A stretch of DNA of 29,828 nucleotides. Origin: Sulfolobaceae archaeon (GTDB taxonomy: Archaea > Thermoproteota > Thermoprotei_A > Sulfolobales > Sulfolobaceae). Within the stretch, counting starts at the first letter, position 1. Each line of letters begins with the position of its first letter. This document shows positions 18,720 through 29,654 of the stretch, one piece after another. The notes beneath the pieces were generated by a model that made no database searches, was not told the origin of the DNA, and saw only the letters and a program-made list of their open reading frames with translations. The position numbers and the translations under genes are program-made. The stretch lies in contig JAWARQ010000009.1 in the NCBI GenBank assembly GCA_038893355.1, positions 1 to 29,828 on the forward strand, read 5' to 3'.

Positions 18720-18796
18720 TGTTTGTCTCTACACTTTTATTTCAATCATTTCATGTCCATTCATGATTGAGTGTAGGGACCTAGCCCTCAACTACC
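18720..18796 (-). mobile_element. IS607-type right-end fragment, copy C
   Basis: Reverse complement GTTGAGGGCTAGGTCCCTACACTCAATCATG...GAAATGATTGAAAT...GTGTAGAGACAAAC matches the ends of copies A and B. Confidence 0.75.
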
Positions 18797-18963
18797 CTAT
18801 AGAGGCATAGTATGTGGTGCATATATAGGTCTTGAATCGACCAAAATTAGAAAGATATCAATAATTTTCCTATTATTCTTTAGAAAATTAGCGAACTTTT
18901 ATGAAATTTTTATAATTTTAAATTTTATCATTAAATAATTATTTATTTCAAAGTTTAAACATC

Positions 18964-19437
18964 TTAAAACTCCCTTTCCATTATCCTATTCATGATTTCT
19001 ACGAATTCCTCAACTTTTAATAACGAAAGTTTAACATCCTCAATCGTCATAAAGTTCTCATAGAAATTTGAGTGGAGCCTTAAGCAAATAGACCACCCAG
19101 AGACCAACTTTTCGTCTTTTTCTGTACTTATCAATTTACTCATCGCTTCCTCTAATTGCCTATGCCTATAATGCTCAAGGCCCTTTTTCTCAGCGTATGC
19201 CTTTACGATTGAAGCACAAGCCCCCCATGCCTTCTCTGAGGCTTGAACTAAATCCCCGCTCTCAAGGTACTTTTTAGCCTCTGAGAGAAGCTCATTTGCT
19301 TTCTCCTTATATAAAATAAAACGTGTTGAGGGGTCAAGATCTCTCGAAAGCTTATCAATAAGCAATACCTCCTCATCAATTCCCTTTTGAAAAGCTTCCT
19401 TCTTAAGTATCTCCTCCAAAATCTTGGGTATTTCCAC
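18964..19437 (-). CDS. PaREP1-family protein
   Basis: GDLVQASEKAWGA and LHSNFYE motifs. Confidence 0.85.
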   Translation of the reverse strand: MEIPKILEEILKKEAFQKGIDEEVLLIDKLSRDLDPSTRFILYKEKANELLSEAKKYLESGDLVQASEKAWGACASIVKAYAEKKGLEHYRHRQLEEAMSKLISTEKDEKLVSGWSICLRLHSNFYENFMTIEDVKLSLLKVEEFVEIMNRIMEREF

Positions 19438-19663
19438 AAATTGATTATAAGCGCATGATAATAAAATACTTTATACTCAGCTTAATGACTCAGCATTTTG
19501 TAGTAGATACTTGAAATTTATCTATAATATAGATGATCTGTGAAATGGTGACATTACCTCCATATAAAACACCATACCGAAGTATTTGGAAAGTGGGAGT
19601 GTTCTGTTATGGAAGATTTGATTGTACGGTTAACGTTATTAGAAAGGTGGATGAAAGGGTAAT

Positions 19664-19728
19664 GACGTTCAGTAATAAATCTTTCGGTTGACTTTAAGCA
19701 TGGTATTAGCTAAGATTGCCTATATAGG
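19664..19728 (-). mobile_element. Mini IS110 derivative, family 1 (65 bp)
   Basis: CC-TATATA-GGCAATCTTAGC...ACCGAAAGATTTATTACTGAACG-TC. Confidence 0.72.
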
Positions 19729-19831
19729 TTTTTCCTTGACTGACCTCAATGAGTTAAGTGTGACTGTGCATAATCCCTTTGGGGTTAATGTAGTAAAATT
19801 AAAAGCAATTAAAAGTAAATATTCGACGAAA

Positions 19832-21627
<1,796 letters not shown>

Positions 21628-21684
21628 AATTTAGGTTCTGAATGCTTCAATATTTAAGCTATAGCTTGATTAATTAACTGTAGT

Positions 21685-21727
21685 CTGACGAGTCTCCCCG
21701 TCCTGAAAGGGTGAGGGCTTTCCGCCC
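21685..21727 (-). mobile_element. Single-hairpin IS200/IS605 end fusion (PATE-like)
   Basis: Minus strand TTAAA-GGGCGGAAAGCCCTCACCCTTTCAGGACGGGGAGACTCGTCAG; the end resembles the right end at 4547. Confidence 0.6.
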
Positions 21728-21925
21728 TTTAACACTAATTTTGGTAAAGATGTTACCCCTATTTATTCATTAAGGAAATTTATGTGTTATGAGAAGAGAA
21801 GGTTGTAAGGATCTACGATCAAGCAAATAAAATGTTTAAATAATATTATTCTCATTGATTAAGAATGACTCGTCATTAAACTAGTTTAATTAATAATATT
21901 TAATCTAAGGCGAATATTTCCTCAC

Positions 21926-23212
21926 ATGGGAAGCGTAAGTAGAGGTGAAGTTATTAAAGTTGCAGTTGCAAGCGTCATAGGCACTACAATAGAGTGGTAC
22001 GACTTTTTCATAGCAGGTACTGCAGCCGCATTAATATGGCCTGCAGTATTCTATCCTACTCAAGACCCATTCACTGCACTTCTACTTTCAATAACTACCT
22101 ACGGTTTAGGTTTTGTTGCAAGACCTATTGGTGCAATTATTTTCGGTCATTTAGGGGATAAGCTAGGAAGAAGGACTACATTAGTATGGACGTTATTAAC
22201 TATGGGTATAGGAACTTTAGGAATAGGAATTACACCATCTTATGCTTCTATAGGAATATGGGGTGGTATACTAATACTAATATTTAGGCTAATTCAAGGT
22301 TTAGGAGTTGGGGGTGAATGGGGTGGTGCTACTACACTACTTACAGAATATGCTGCAAATAGTAAATGGAAAACTTTTTGGAGCGTTTGGGTTCAAGAAG
22401 GGGTACCTTTTGCTTTCGCTGCTGCAAATGGAACCTTCATTATATTACTAACCTTAATGAGCCAAAAGGATTTATACGATTGGGGTTGGAGAATTCCATT
22501 TTATGTTGGCACAGTAATTATAATTTTAGGCGTTATAATAAGATATAAACTTTCAGAAACTCCTTTATTTAAAAAAGTATTTGAATTAAAACAAATCGAA
22601 AGGGTACCTTTTGTCTCTTTGATGAAAAATCAATGGAAGACTGTGCTTCTAATGGCTGGAGTATGGATTTATATAAATTCTTGGGGATATATTGTACCAT
22701 TATTCATGCAAAGTTACATCACTAGAGTACTAGGTTTACCATTAACATTAGCGTTAATTAGCGTAGTAGCAACTGCATTGGTTAATGTCTTTGTTCTAAT
22801 TGGTGGGGCCTATGCGGGCGATAGAATTGGTAAGAAGAATGTACTTCTGATCTCTTCTACCCTAACAATAATAGCTGCATATCCTTACTTTATGTTGATT
22901 AACTCTAGAGACCCTACTATAATAATTTTAGCACAAATAATGATGTTTAACTTATCTAATCTAGGATATTCAGTAATTTCACAACTCTTCGCAGAGCAAT
23001 TTCCAACTAAATATAGATTTTCTGGTACAGCTTTTTCCTATCATATAGGCGGAGTGCTTTCTGGGGGTCTTGCACCAATACTAGCATCATATCTATTGAC
23101 AGTGTTTAAATCCTCAGCCTGGATATATATAGCTGCAATGGGCATAATATATTGTATAATTTCAATAATGTGCATAATTGCTTCAAAGGAGAGGAAAGAG
23201 TTACCAGCCTAA
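21926..23212 (+). CDS. MFS transporter, metabolite:H+ symporter (ShiA-like)
   Basis: GTTIEWYDF, GDKLGRR, GGEWGG, WGWRIPF; paralog of 1604-2950. Confidence 0.93.
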   Translation: MGSVSRGEVIKVAVASVIGTTIEWYDFFIAGTAAALIWPAVFYPTQDPFTALLLSITTYGLGFVARPIGAIIFGHLGDKLGRRTTLVWTLLTMGIGTLGIGITPSYASIGIWGGILILIFRLIQGLGVGGEWGGATTLLTEYAANSKWKTFWSVWVQEGVPFAFAAANGTFIILLTLMSQKDLYDWGWRIPFYVGTVIIILGVIIRYKLSETPLFKKVFELKQIERVPFVSLMKNQWKTVLLMAGVWIYINSWGYIVPLFMQSYITRVLGLPLTLALISVVATALVNVFVLIGGAYAGDRIGKKNVLLISSTLTIIAAYPYFMLINSRDPTIIILAQIMMFNLSNLGYSVISQLFAEQFPTKYRFSGTAFSYHIGGVLSGGLAPILASYLLTVFKSSAWIYIAAMGIIYCIISIMCIIASKERKELPA

Positions 23213-23213
23213 A

Positions 23214-23852
23214 TTATTTTTCCATCAATATTAGTTTTTTATAGAGAATACCGATTTCTGGTAATTTTATGGTAGACCTTTCTGAAGGTCTTGGAATTGT
23301 TGCTAAATATACTCCATATTCTTCATGATCGTATTCATTAGGCGATAATGGTTCTCCGAAAGGCGAGAATATTATGAAATCATCGACCACGTTAACTATC
23401 TTCCTTATAAAATCATCAATTAAACTGTAAAGTCTACATATCTCCTCGGTACTATTTACTCCCAAGTGTAGTACTCTGTCAAGTCCGATTATAGATGCTA
23501 TAATAGGGGCTTCATCAATTTTAGAGAGTATCGCCTCAATCACCTTCCTCACTTCTTCTTCCAATTTCACCTCATTATAATTAAATCTCACTTCTCCGTA
23601 GGTAGGATCAGAAATTGGAATGTTAATTGCAATTGATTCCGTTTCCCTCAATAACTTAAGCTCCTTCTCATTTTGTGATTCTGTCATTTCAATTATCGAA
23701 AGCCAAGATTTTGCATGGTCTTGCGGCTTTTTATTATATGTAACACCTCTATAAACAATATTAAATAAATTTAAAAGAAATTTAGGCTTACATGAACTAA
23801 ATCTAGAGTAACTAAGTCCGTTTATCCCCAGTAAAATTATTCTTCTTTTCAT
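23214..23852 (-). CDS. Hypothetical protein, possibly a degenerate alkaline phosphatase/phosphodiesterase-like fold
   Basis: Clean 212-aa ORF with IILLGINGL, LDRVLH and DHEEYGV; the usual metal ligands are partly absent. Confidence 0.6.
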   Translation of the reverse strand: MKRRIILLGINGLSYSRFSSCKPKFLLNLFNIVYRGVTYNKKPQDHAKSWLSIIEMTESQNEKELKLLRETESIAINIPISDPTYGEVRFNYNEVKLEEEVRKVIEAILSKIDEAPIIASIIGLDRVLHLGVNSTEEICRLYSLIDDFIRKIVNVVDDFIIFSPFGEPLSPNEYDHEEYGVYLATIPRPSERSTIKLPEIGILYKKLILMEK

Positions 23853-23969
23853 TATTACATAATTATGAAGAAAAGTATAAAAACTCTATTATAAAAAACT
23901 CAAAATCTCTCCAGATAGTTAAATCCTACTTAATATTATAAAGAGAAATGAGTACTTATATAGATAAGC

Positions 23970-24824
23970 TCATAAGGTTTCAGATAATGGTTTATAAATA
24001 TCTTTTGGATTTTTACTCGAAATCTCGATTTTTGCTTTTTCGCTTATATTTATTGATAAAAATTCTTTGAGATTTTCAGCAATGCCTTTAACCCCTGGGC
24101 CTCCATAGTCACTCCCATAAATCGTCTTATAACTTATCTCCTCAATTCTTGGCAAATAGTCCAGAAGTCTCTTAGGAGGGATAGAAGAAATTTCAGCATA
24201 AACATTCTTCCTAATTCTTGCTATTTGAAACGCAATTTGAGTATAGCTAGGCCTACCCATATGGGCCATTATTATCTTTAATCTCGGGAAGTCTACAGCA
24301 ACATCATCTATGAATATAGGATCTGCATACTTATTCCTAGCCCTAAGAAACATACTTGTACCAGTATGGATTATTACTGGAAGATTATGATCTTGTGCAA
24401 ATTGATATATCAGTTCTAATTGCCTCAGACCGCCTTCTTCTTCCCTATAAGAATTTGGCTTAAAATGACTATGGACTGGATGAAGCTTTATAGCGGAGAT
24501 TCCAGCTTCATATTGCTTCTCCAGCCAATACTTAGTCTCTTCAATGCTTAACTTATTAGGCTCTAATCCTCCGGCAACTGAAAATCTATTCGCATAAGGT
24601 TTGAGATAATTTATTACTGAAATCGGAAAGTCTTCTTTCAACCCCCAAATCTCCCTAGATGGGTAAGCAATAATGAGTATGTAATCTATATCAACGGAGT
24701 CCATCTCTCTCAATACTTCTTGAAGAGACGGTGGTTTATATTCAAATCCTGCAAGTGCAGTAGTAAAACTTTGAGGCAGTGTTTCTTTAAACCAAACGTG
24801 AGTGTGCGCATCAACATAAGTCAT
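23970..24824 (-). CDS. Amidohydrolase_2-family metallohydrolase
   Basis: DAHTH, KLHP, IHTG, AHMG, YGSD. Confidence 0.9.
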   Translation of the reverse strand: MTYVDAHTHVWFKETLPQSFTTALAGFEYKPPSLQEVLREMDSVDIDYILIIAYPSREIWGLKEDFPISVINYLKPYANRFSVAGGLEPNKLSIEETKYWLEKQYEAGISAIKLHPVHSHFKPNSYREEEGGLRQLELIYQFAQDHNLPVIIHTGTSMFLRARNKYADPIFIDDVAVDFPRLKIIMAHMGRPSYTQIAFQIARIRKNVYAEISSIPPKRLLDYLPRIEEISYKTIYGSDYGGPGVKGIAENLKEFLSINISEKAKIEISSKNPKDIYKPLSETL

Positions 24825-24934
24825 ACACAACTATCTCAGCTACTTGTTTTTAAGCTTGCCGTTGACAGCAGTTTCCGATAAATCGTAAAGTTTATATTAT
24901 TTGATGTAGTTTATCATTTCTTACTGTCCCTTCA

Positions 24935-25421
24935 CGAAATTTTATAAACTTTTTTGTTAATATTTAGCATGTAGAAGAGAGCCCTACAATGAACTCTATG
25001 AGCAATGTGAGGGGAAGGATGGGTTCAATGAGGCTCCCCATGTCGTGGCTGGGAGGTATGCTCCCTAACCTAGGCGTGGGGAGCCGGACAGGGAGAATGA
25101 GGGCGAGGGTTGATATGAAACCCTATGAAAGTCCGACCCCTATAGCGTCCTCAGTCCTTTATGCAGAACAGAGGGAGGGCTCAGCTAGCTAGGCTGGCTA
25201 GGAACACTAGGGCTGTTAATAGGCACCACATGCTCCGCCTAACAAGTTTGAGTTTGTAACCGTAGGAAGAGGAGCGAGAGGATAATCAATTATAGCCTTG
25301 CCCTGTTGAACGTTATGTACCCCACGTATTTTCAAGGCAGAGAACTCCTTTAAATGAGGCCTACTTGAAGGGGGTAGAGAATATTAGAGCAAACTTGATA
25401 TAATTTTACAAATATTTTTCG
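24935..25421 (+). mobile_element. Decayed IS1-family element (ISC1173-like)
   Basis: GC-rich island; 25180-25402 reads LARLARNTRAVNR/SERIINYSLALLNVMYP...NEAYLKGVENIRANLI*; only a weak inverted match at the borders, so limits are approximate. Confidence 0.55.
25221..25266. mobile_element. Mini insertion, family 2
   Basis: AGG-CACCACATGCTCCGCCT...TTTGTAACCGT-AGG, interrupting the AVNRS codons. Confidence 0.75.
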
Positions 25422-25533
25422 AATTTTAAATTATGTTAATTAATTAAGAGAATATTATAATTTGCAAAAGATACTAAACTAACCCTTTCATGTTTTTACA
25501 ACAACTTTAATTTTCATAAAGCTTTTTATTATG

Positions 25534-25548
25534 GTATACTAAGTATAC
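25534..25548. promoter_or_regulatory. Palindromic operator of the vapBC pseudo-operon
   Basis: GTATACT-A-AGTATAC between a TATA-like TTTTATTA and the gene start. Confidence 0.6.
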
Positions 25549-25550
25549 AT

Positions 25551-25804
25551 ATTGCCTATACTACAATAAAGGTTACTGATGAAGTAAAAAGGAAGCTAAT
25601 TAGGTTAGCTGGAGAGATTCAAGCTGAGAAGGGTGAGGGGTCAGTCTAAATGATGTAATCGAGCTCCTAATAGACTTTTATGAGAGAAAAAGGAAGGTTA
25701 AAAGGGGATTAAAAATGAACGACTTTGATGAGTTAATAATAGAAATGGATACGTATTCCTCAGAAAGGGTAGATGAGGTAGTTTATGGAAAAGTTACTTC
25801 TTGA
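25551..25804 (+). pseudogene. vapB: Frameshifted VapB-type antitoxin
   Basis: (I)AYTTIKVTDEVKRKLIRLAGEIQAEKGE / VSLNDVIELLIDFYE...SSERVDEVVYGK; ATT start and a frameshift near 25640. Confidence 0.75.
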
Positions 25805-26086
25805 TACTTCATATTTTATAGCATACTTAAATAAGAATGATAAGTACCACAGCGAAGCTTTGTTACTTTCTAAAAAGTTTGCGGAGTATGAATGTGTTAT
25901 CACAGATTATATACTTGACGAATTATTAACTTTCTTAATATACCACGTAAGTAGAAATTATGCAATAAATGTTGCTAAGACAATTCTAAGTAAAGTAGAT
26001 AATGGAGAGCTTACATTATATATGATAGACATTGAAACCCTTAGTGGTGCTTTAAATTACCTTACTAGATATGATAAAAAGCTGAT
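25785..26086 (+). pseudogene. vapC: PIN-domain toxin truncated by a MITE
   Basis: LLDTSYFIA...DKYH...ILDE; stops at RYDKKL, before the expected S.TD and T.D motifs. Confidence 0.8.
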
Positions 26087-26348
26087 TAGCACATATTGGA
26101 AAATCGTTACATTTTTACGTTACGTTAAAAACATGTAAGAAATATCTTCTTATTATATGAAAAATTGTACTAATAAGCAATTAAAAAAGAAGGGAGAAAA
26201 TTTAAAGTATTTATTATTTCACGGACAAATATTATAATATTTTATGGTAATGAAATTTCCTTAAACTACTATCCGATCTTTAACTCTCTAGAGTTATTTT
26301 CAGGTTGATGAAGTTATGGCCTACGGACAGATTTTCCAGTAAGTGTTA
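26087..26348 (+). mobile_element. IS630-like MITE (262 bp)
   Basis: TIRs TAGCACATATTGGAAAATC / reverse complement TAACACTTACTGGAAAATC (16/19), TA at both ends; second partial copy at 441-573. Confidence 0.7.
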
Positions 26349-26472
26349 TTTCTATAATAGTATCATGTTTCTCTTGGCAAGTTTTCCCTTAACCTGCTTT
26401 GCATAACTCCTTTTTGTTAAACTATAAACTCATGTATAGTTAAGCATTTATTTTTTCCCCAAAATTACACTT

Positions 26473-26718
26473 ATGGAAAGGTATAGGGTTAAGGTTTATA
26501 AAAAGGGAATTATCGTCATTCCTAAAGAGGTAAGGGAGAAACTTGGAATAAAAGAGGGAGATATTTTAGAGTTGGTAATTGATGGTGAGAGGATAAGTTT
26601 GGAGAGACCAGAGACACTCTTAGACCTTTTCGGTATTGATGGAGAAGAGGCTGCGGAGATGGCTAAACAACTAATTGAGGAAAGGAGGAAAGAAGTTGAA
26701 AGAGAGATACGTTCTTGA
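26473..26718 (+). CDS. vapB: AbrB/MazE/SpoVT-type antitoxin
   Basis: KKGIIVIPKEVREKLGIKEGD. Confidence 0.92.
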   Translation: MERYRVKVYKKGIIVIPKEVREKLGIKEGDILELVIDGERISLERPETLLDLFGIDGEEAAEMAKQLIEERRKEVEREIRS

Positions 26719-27094
26719 CGCAGGGCCACTGTTTTTGTTGTTCGCTGGTGAAAAAGGTGTTAAAAAATACTTTGAAGAAATGTATAAGGGGAGAGTTGAA
26801 ATTTATATGAATGAAGTCAATTTAGCGGAGTTTCTTCACCTTTATATTTCAAGAAAAGGAAAGGATATCGCATTAGCTAGGCACAGATATATTAGGAATT
26901 CACCTATTAAGATAGTGCCTCCAGACGAAAAGATTACAGAGACCGCCGCCTTGTTAAAGAGTAAATATAACTTTCTTTCATTAGCAGACGCATTTCTAAT
27001 AGCTACTGCAAAAGAAATTAACGGTGTCATTATTACTACAGATGAAGACATAGAAAAGACTAAGGAAATCAAAACAATAAAAATCTCTTTTTGA
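26696..27094 (+). CDS. vapC: PIN-domain toxin
   Basis: VLDAGP, NLAE, SLADAF, TTDED; TTG start after GGAGG. Confidence 0.9.
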   Translation: MKERYVLDAGPLFLLFAGEKGVKKYFEEMYKGRVEIYMNEVNLAEFLHLYISRKGKDIALARHRYIRNSPIKIVPPDEKITETAALLKSKYNFLSLADAFLIATAKEINGVIITTDEDIEKTKEIKTIKISF

Positions 27095-27267
27095 ATTGAT
27101 GAGTACTCGTTAAAGAACTCATGAGCGTGCAGGATCTTTGTAAAGGTTCTCCAGCTTTACGTTCTAATATTAGATGAAGAGGTTTCCACAATTACAACCT
27201 CCTATTGCAAAATATCTCGTTTGTCCTCTTAATTATGATTTGAGCTTAGGAACTTAGCCTTCTTGAT

Positions 27268-27574
27268 TGAGGGCTGAATCCTTTTTAGTATCTTAGGAAT
27301 TTTTTATATTAGTTTATTTTACATTTCTATGGTGGAAATGATCCCTCATGCCGATGCGGGCTATGCCAAAAGGCACCACATGCTTCACCTCTAACAGACT
27401 TAAAGTTTGTAACCGTAGGAGGGTGAGGAGTGCAGAGATGTGAGCCAAATGCCGTTTAGCTGAAGGAGTCCCATGACCCATCTACCGTGAAGTTGGGTAG
27501 GTGGTTGAGGGCTAAGTCCCTACACTCGATCATGAAGATAAAATGATTGAAATGATGGTGTAGGGACAAACGGT
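27268..27574 (+). mobile_element. IS607-type MITE, copy B
   Basis: Colinear with copy A apart from the insertion at 27371-27419. Confidence 0.78.
27371..27419. mobile_element. Mini insertion, family 2
   Basis: Absent from copy A (empty site CAAAAGGAGAGGGTGAGG); AGG on both sides. Confidence 0.8.
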
Positions 27575-27632
27575 TCATGGGACTCCTACTTTAAAGAGTG
27601 ATAACCTTACGGGCTAAGTCCTTCCTCATGTT

Positions 27633-27700
27633 CAGTCTGGCGTTCAGCAATAAATCTTTCTCTTAATACAAGAAATAGTGCCGTTATTGGGCTATAAATT
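27633..27700 (-). mobile_element. IS1-family right end split by a 34-bp mini IS110 (27639-27672)
   Basis: Minus strand AATTTATAGCCCAATAACGGCACTATTT-[CTTGTATTAAGAGAAAGATTTATTGCTGAACGCC]-AGACTG. Confidence 0.65.
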
Positions 27701-27811
27701 GCCCTATGAAAAATTCTTTTTATAGAATAGAAGTGTAGAATGTAATCTTTCATAATAAGTTGTGAATCAAAAAGATTTTTAGCTCAATAGCAACACTACC
27801 GATCTTTTTAA

Positions 27812-28540
27812 CTAATTTTTACTGTTTAAATATATAATGAATATTAAAATCAATATTAATAGATATATTAACAAAACATAATAAGAGGAGAAGAATGCTG
27901 TTAAGTCATCTCGTAACAGTGCTTTAAGTGAATTGGCAGCCTCAGCAGTGTAAATATAGTTAAGAACTGTATTCCATGGTGAAGGAAGTATTGAGACTGG
28001 ATAGAATATTGGCGGAAAAACTGAAATTACATATGAGAAGACTGAGGAAAAAGTAGTTGCTACAGTATATTCACTGAATAACATTACGAGCAGAGCTGAA
28101 ATAAACCCAGATATAAAAGATGATGTTAGGATTACAACTAAAGAAAGTAATATAATAGAAAGGTGGCTATATGAAAGTACGGTAAGTATTATTACGCCGG
28201 GTAAAGTAGTTAACATAATTACTATTATTAGGGCTAGACTATACTCAAGTATTGAAGGCCCTAATGAGCGTATTATTGGGTAGTAGTTATAAGCCTTGTC
28301 CATTCCTAACCAAGCTGTAACGGAGTTCATAACGTATGTTGTAGTAAATAATACTAAAAGCCCAGATAAGAATAGATTGAACTCTTGGGAGCTAATTAAA
28401 TTTGATAGACTAAAGTACAATCCTATAGGATATATGATGTCACTAAATATTATACTAACTATATTCCTTATTCTCCCTTGTCTTTTAATAAATAATTCGA
28501 TCAATGCACCAAATTCATTTATTCTTTCTGAAAAACTCAT
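27812..28540 (-). CDS. ABC-2 type permease
   Basis: ~6 TM segments, PPIFYPVSILP; overlaps the ATPase. Confidence 0.85.
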   Translation of the reverse strand: MSFSERINEFGALIELFIKRQGRIRNIVSIIFSDIIYPIGLYFSLSNLISSQEFNLFLSGLLVLFTTTYVMNSVTAWLGMDKAYNYYPIIRSLGPSILEYSLALIIVIMLTTLPGVIILTVLSYSHLSIILLSLVVILTSSFISGFISALLVMLFSEYTVATTFSSVFSYVISVFPPIFYPVSILPSPWNTVLNYIYTAEAANSLKALLRDDLTAFFSSYYVLLIYLLILILIFIIYLNSKN

Positions 28541-29318
28541 AATATAACTCCTCCAAAGTTGGCTTCCTTATTTCAATATTATTCTTATCTGAAAAAAAGA
28601 ACTTATTAATCTCATCCTTCTTAACAAAATACTTTTCATCTCGTATCTTAACTACATAAATATCTTCATTAAACACTTTTTTGATCAGATCTTCTTTAGG
28701 ACCATCAAATAGAATTCTCTTATTAAGTAGAATTACTCTATCTGCTAACTTTTCAGCCTCATCTAAATAATGAGTAGTTAGTATTATCCCTTTTCCTCTT
28801 CTCCCTAAATCTTTTAGCATCTCGTGGATTAACTTTCTAGAATCTAAGTCTAATCCTACAGTAGGCTCGTCTAAGATTAGATACTTTGGGTCAAGGATTA
28901 AAATAGATGCAAGCATTACTCTCCTCTTCTGGCCTCCCGATAATTTATTTACTCTCTCTTTAGGGTTTAAGTCAAATTCCCTTATTAGTTCCTTAGCCTT
29001 ATTTTCTGCGTCTTCGACATTTCTAATCTTCGCAAAGAGCTTTATGTGGTCGTAAACGGTGAGGTTGAATATGGGCTCGCTATCTTGAGGCATCACTCCT
29101 AACAGCCTCTTTGCCTTCCTATCGTTAGGCCTAAAACCATCAATAAGAACTTCCCCTTTATCAGGCTTTAAATCACCATAAATTTGCCTTAACAATGTTG
29201 TTTTACCAGCACCGTTAGGTCCTAGAATTACTAAGATCCCTTGATTAAAACTAAAATTTATGTCCTCGTTAACTACCTTATCACCAAAGTACTTAAAAAC
29301 GTGGCTTACTTCAATCAT
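28515..29318 (-). CDS. ABC transporter ATP-binding subunit
   Basis: GPNGAGKTT, LSGGQ, DEPT, TTHY. Confidence 0.95.
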   Translation of the reverse strand: MIEVSHVFKYFGDKVVNEDINFSFNQGILVILGPNGAGKTTLLRQIYGDLKPDKGEVLIDGFRPNDRKAKRLLGVMPQDSEPIFNLTVYDHIKLFAKIRNVEDAENKAKELIREFDLNPKERVNKLSGGQKRRVMLASILILDPKYLILDEPTVGLDLDSRKLIHEMLKDLGRRGKGIILTTHYLDEAEKLADRVILLNKRILFDGPKEDLIKKVFNEDIYVVKIRDEKYFVKKDEINKFFFSDKNNIEIRKPTLEELYYEFFRKNK

Positions 29319-29493
29319 CTTAAATCACCTAATCTTCCTTTAATTAACTCTAATGATTTATTATAAACTTCATCATTATTTAATATTTCATTACATAATT
29401 CACAAATACTAGTAAATTTTTTGTTATTATATTTATAATCTAGTTTTAGTTCTTTTAATAACCTTGAAGGTCCTATTAATGTGACTGACTTCC
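29315..29493 (-). pseudogene. C-terminal fragment of a probable radical SAM protein (EpeE/YydG-like), interrupted by IS110
   Basis: KSVTLIGPSRLLKEL...KFTSICELCNEILNN; ATGA overlap with the ABC ATPase; the track's MFYI start lies inside the IS end. Confidence 0.55.
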
Positions 29494-29508
29494 TTATATA
29501 AAACATAT

Positions 29509-29654
29509 TAGTCAGATCTGCGTAATACAGATCTGACTGGGGTTGAGGCCGTTGACTTCCTTGGGCTCAAAGCTCGACGGGGAGCTTGGCCCGCCTCCAA
29601 ATTCGTACCGGAAGTTGGGCCTGAAGCCCGAATAAAACATAAGGGTGAGTATAT
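29509..29654 (+). ncRNA. Putative IS110 bridge RNA
   Basis: Perfect 11-bp hairpin 29510-29538, further GC-rich stems, and internal TGACTTCCT identical to the left flank. Confidence 0.6.

Noticed and set aside
24989-25192. 67-aa ORF
   Set aside because: Lies in a decayed IS1-like element; no recognisable motif.
29614-29644. GTTGGG and ATAAGG as right target and right donor guides
   Set aside because: Only 6-nt matches, and the register conflicts with the boundaries defined by the mini copies.
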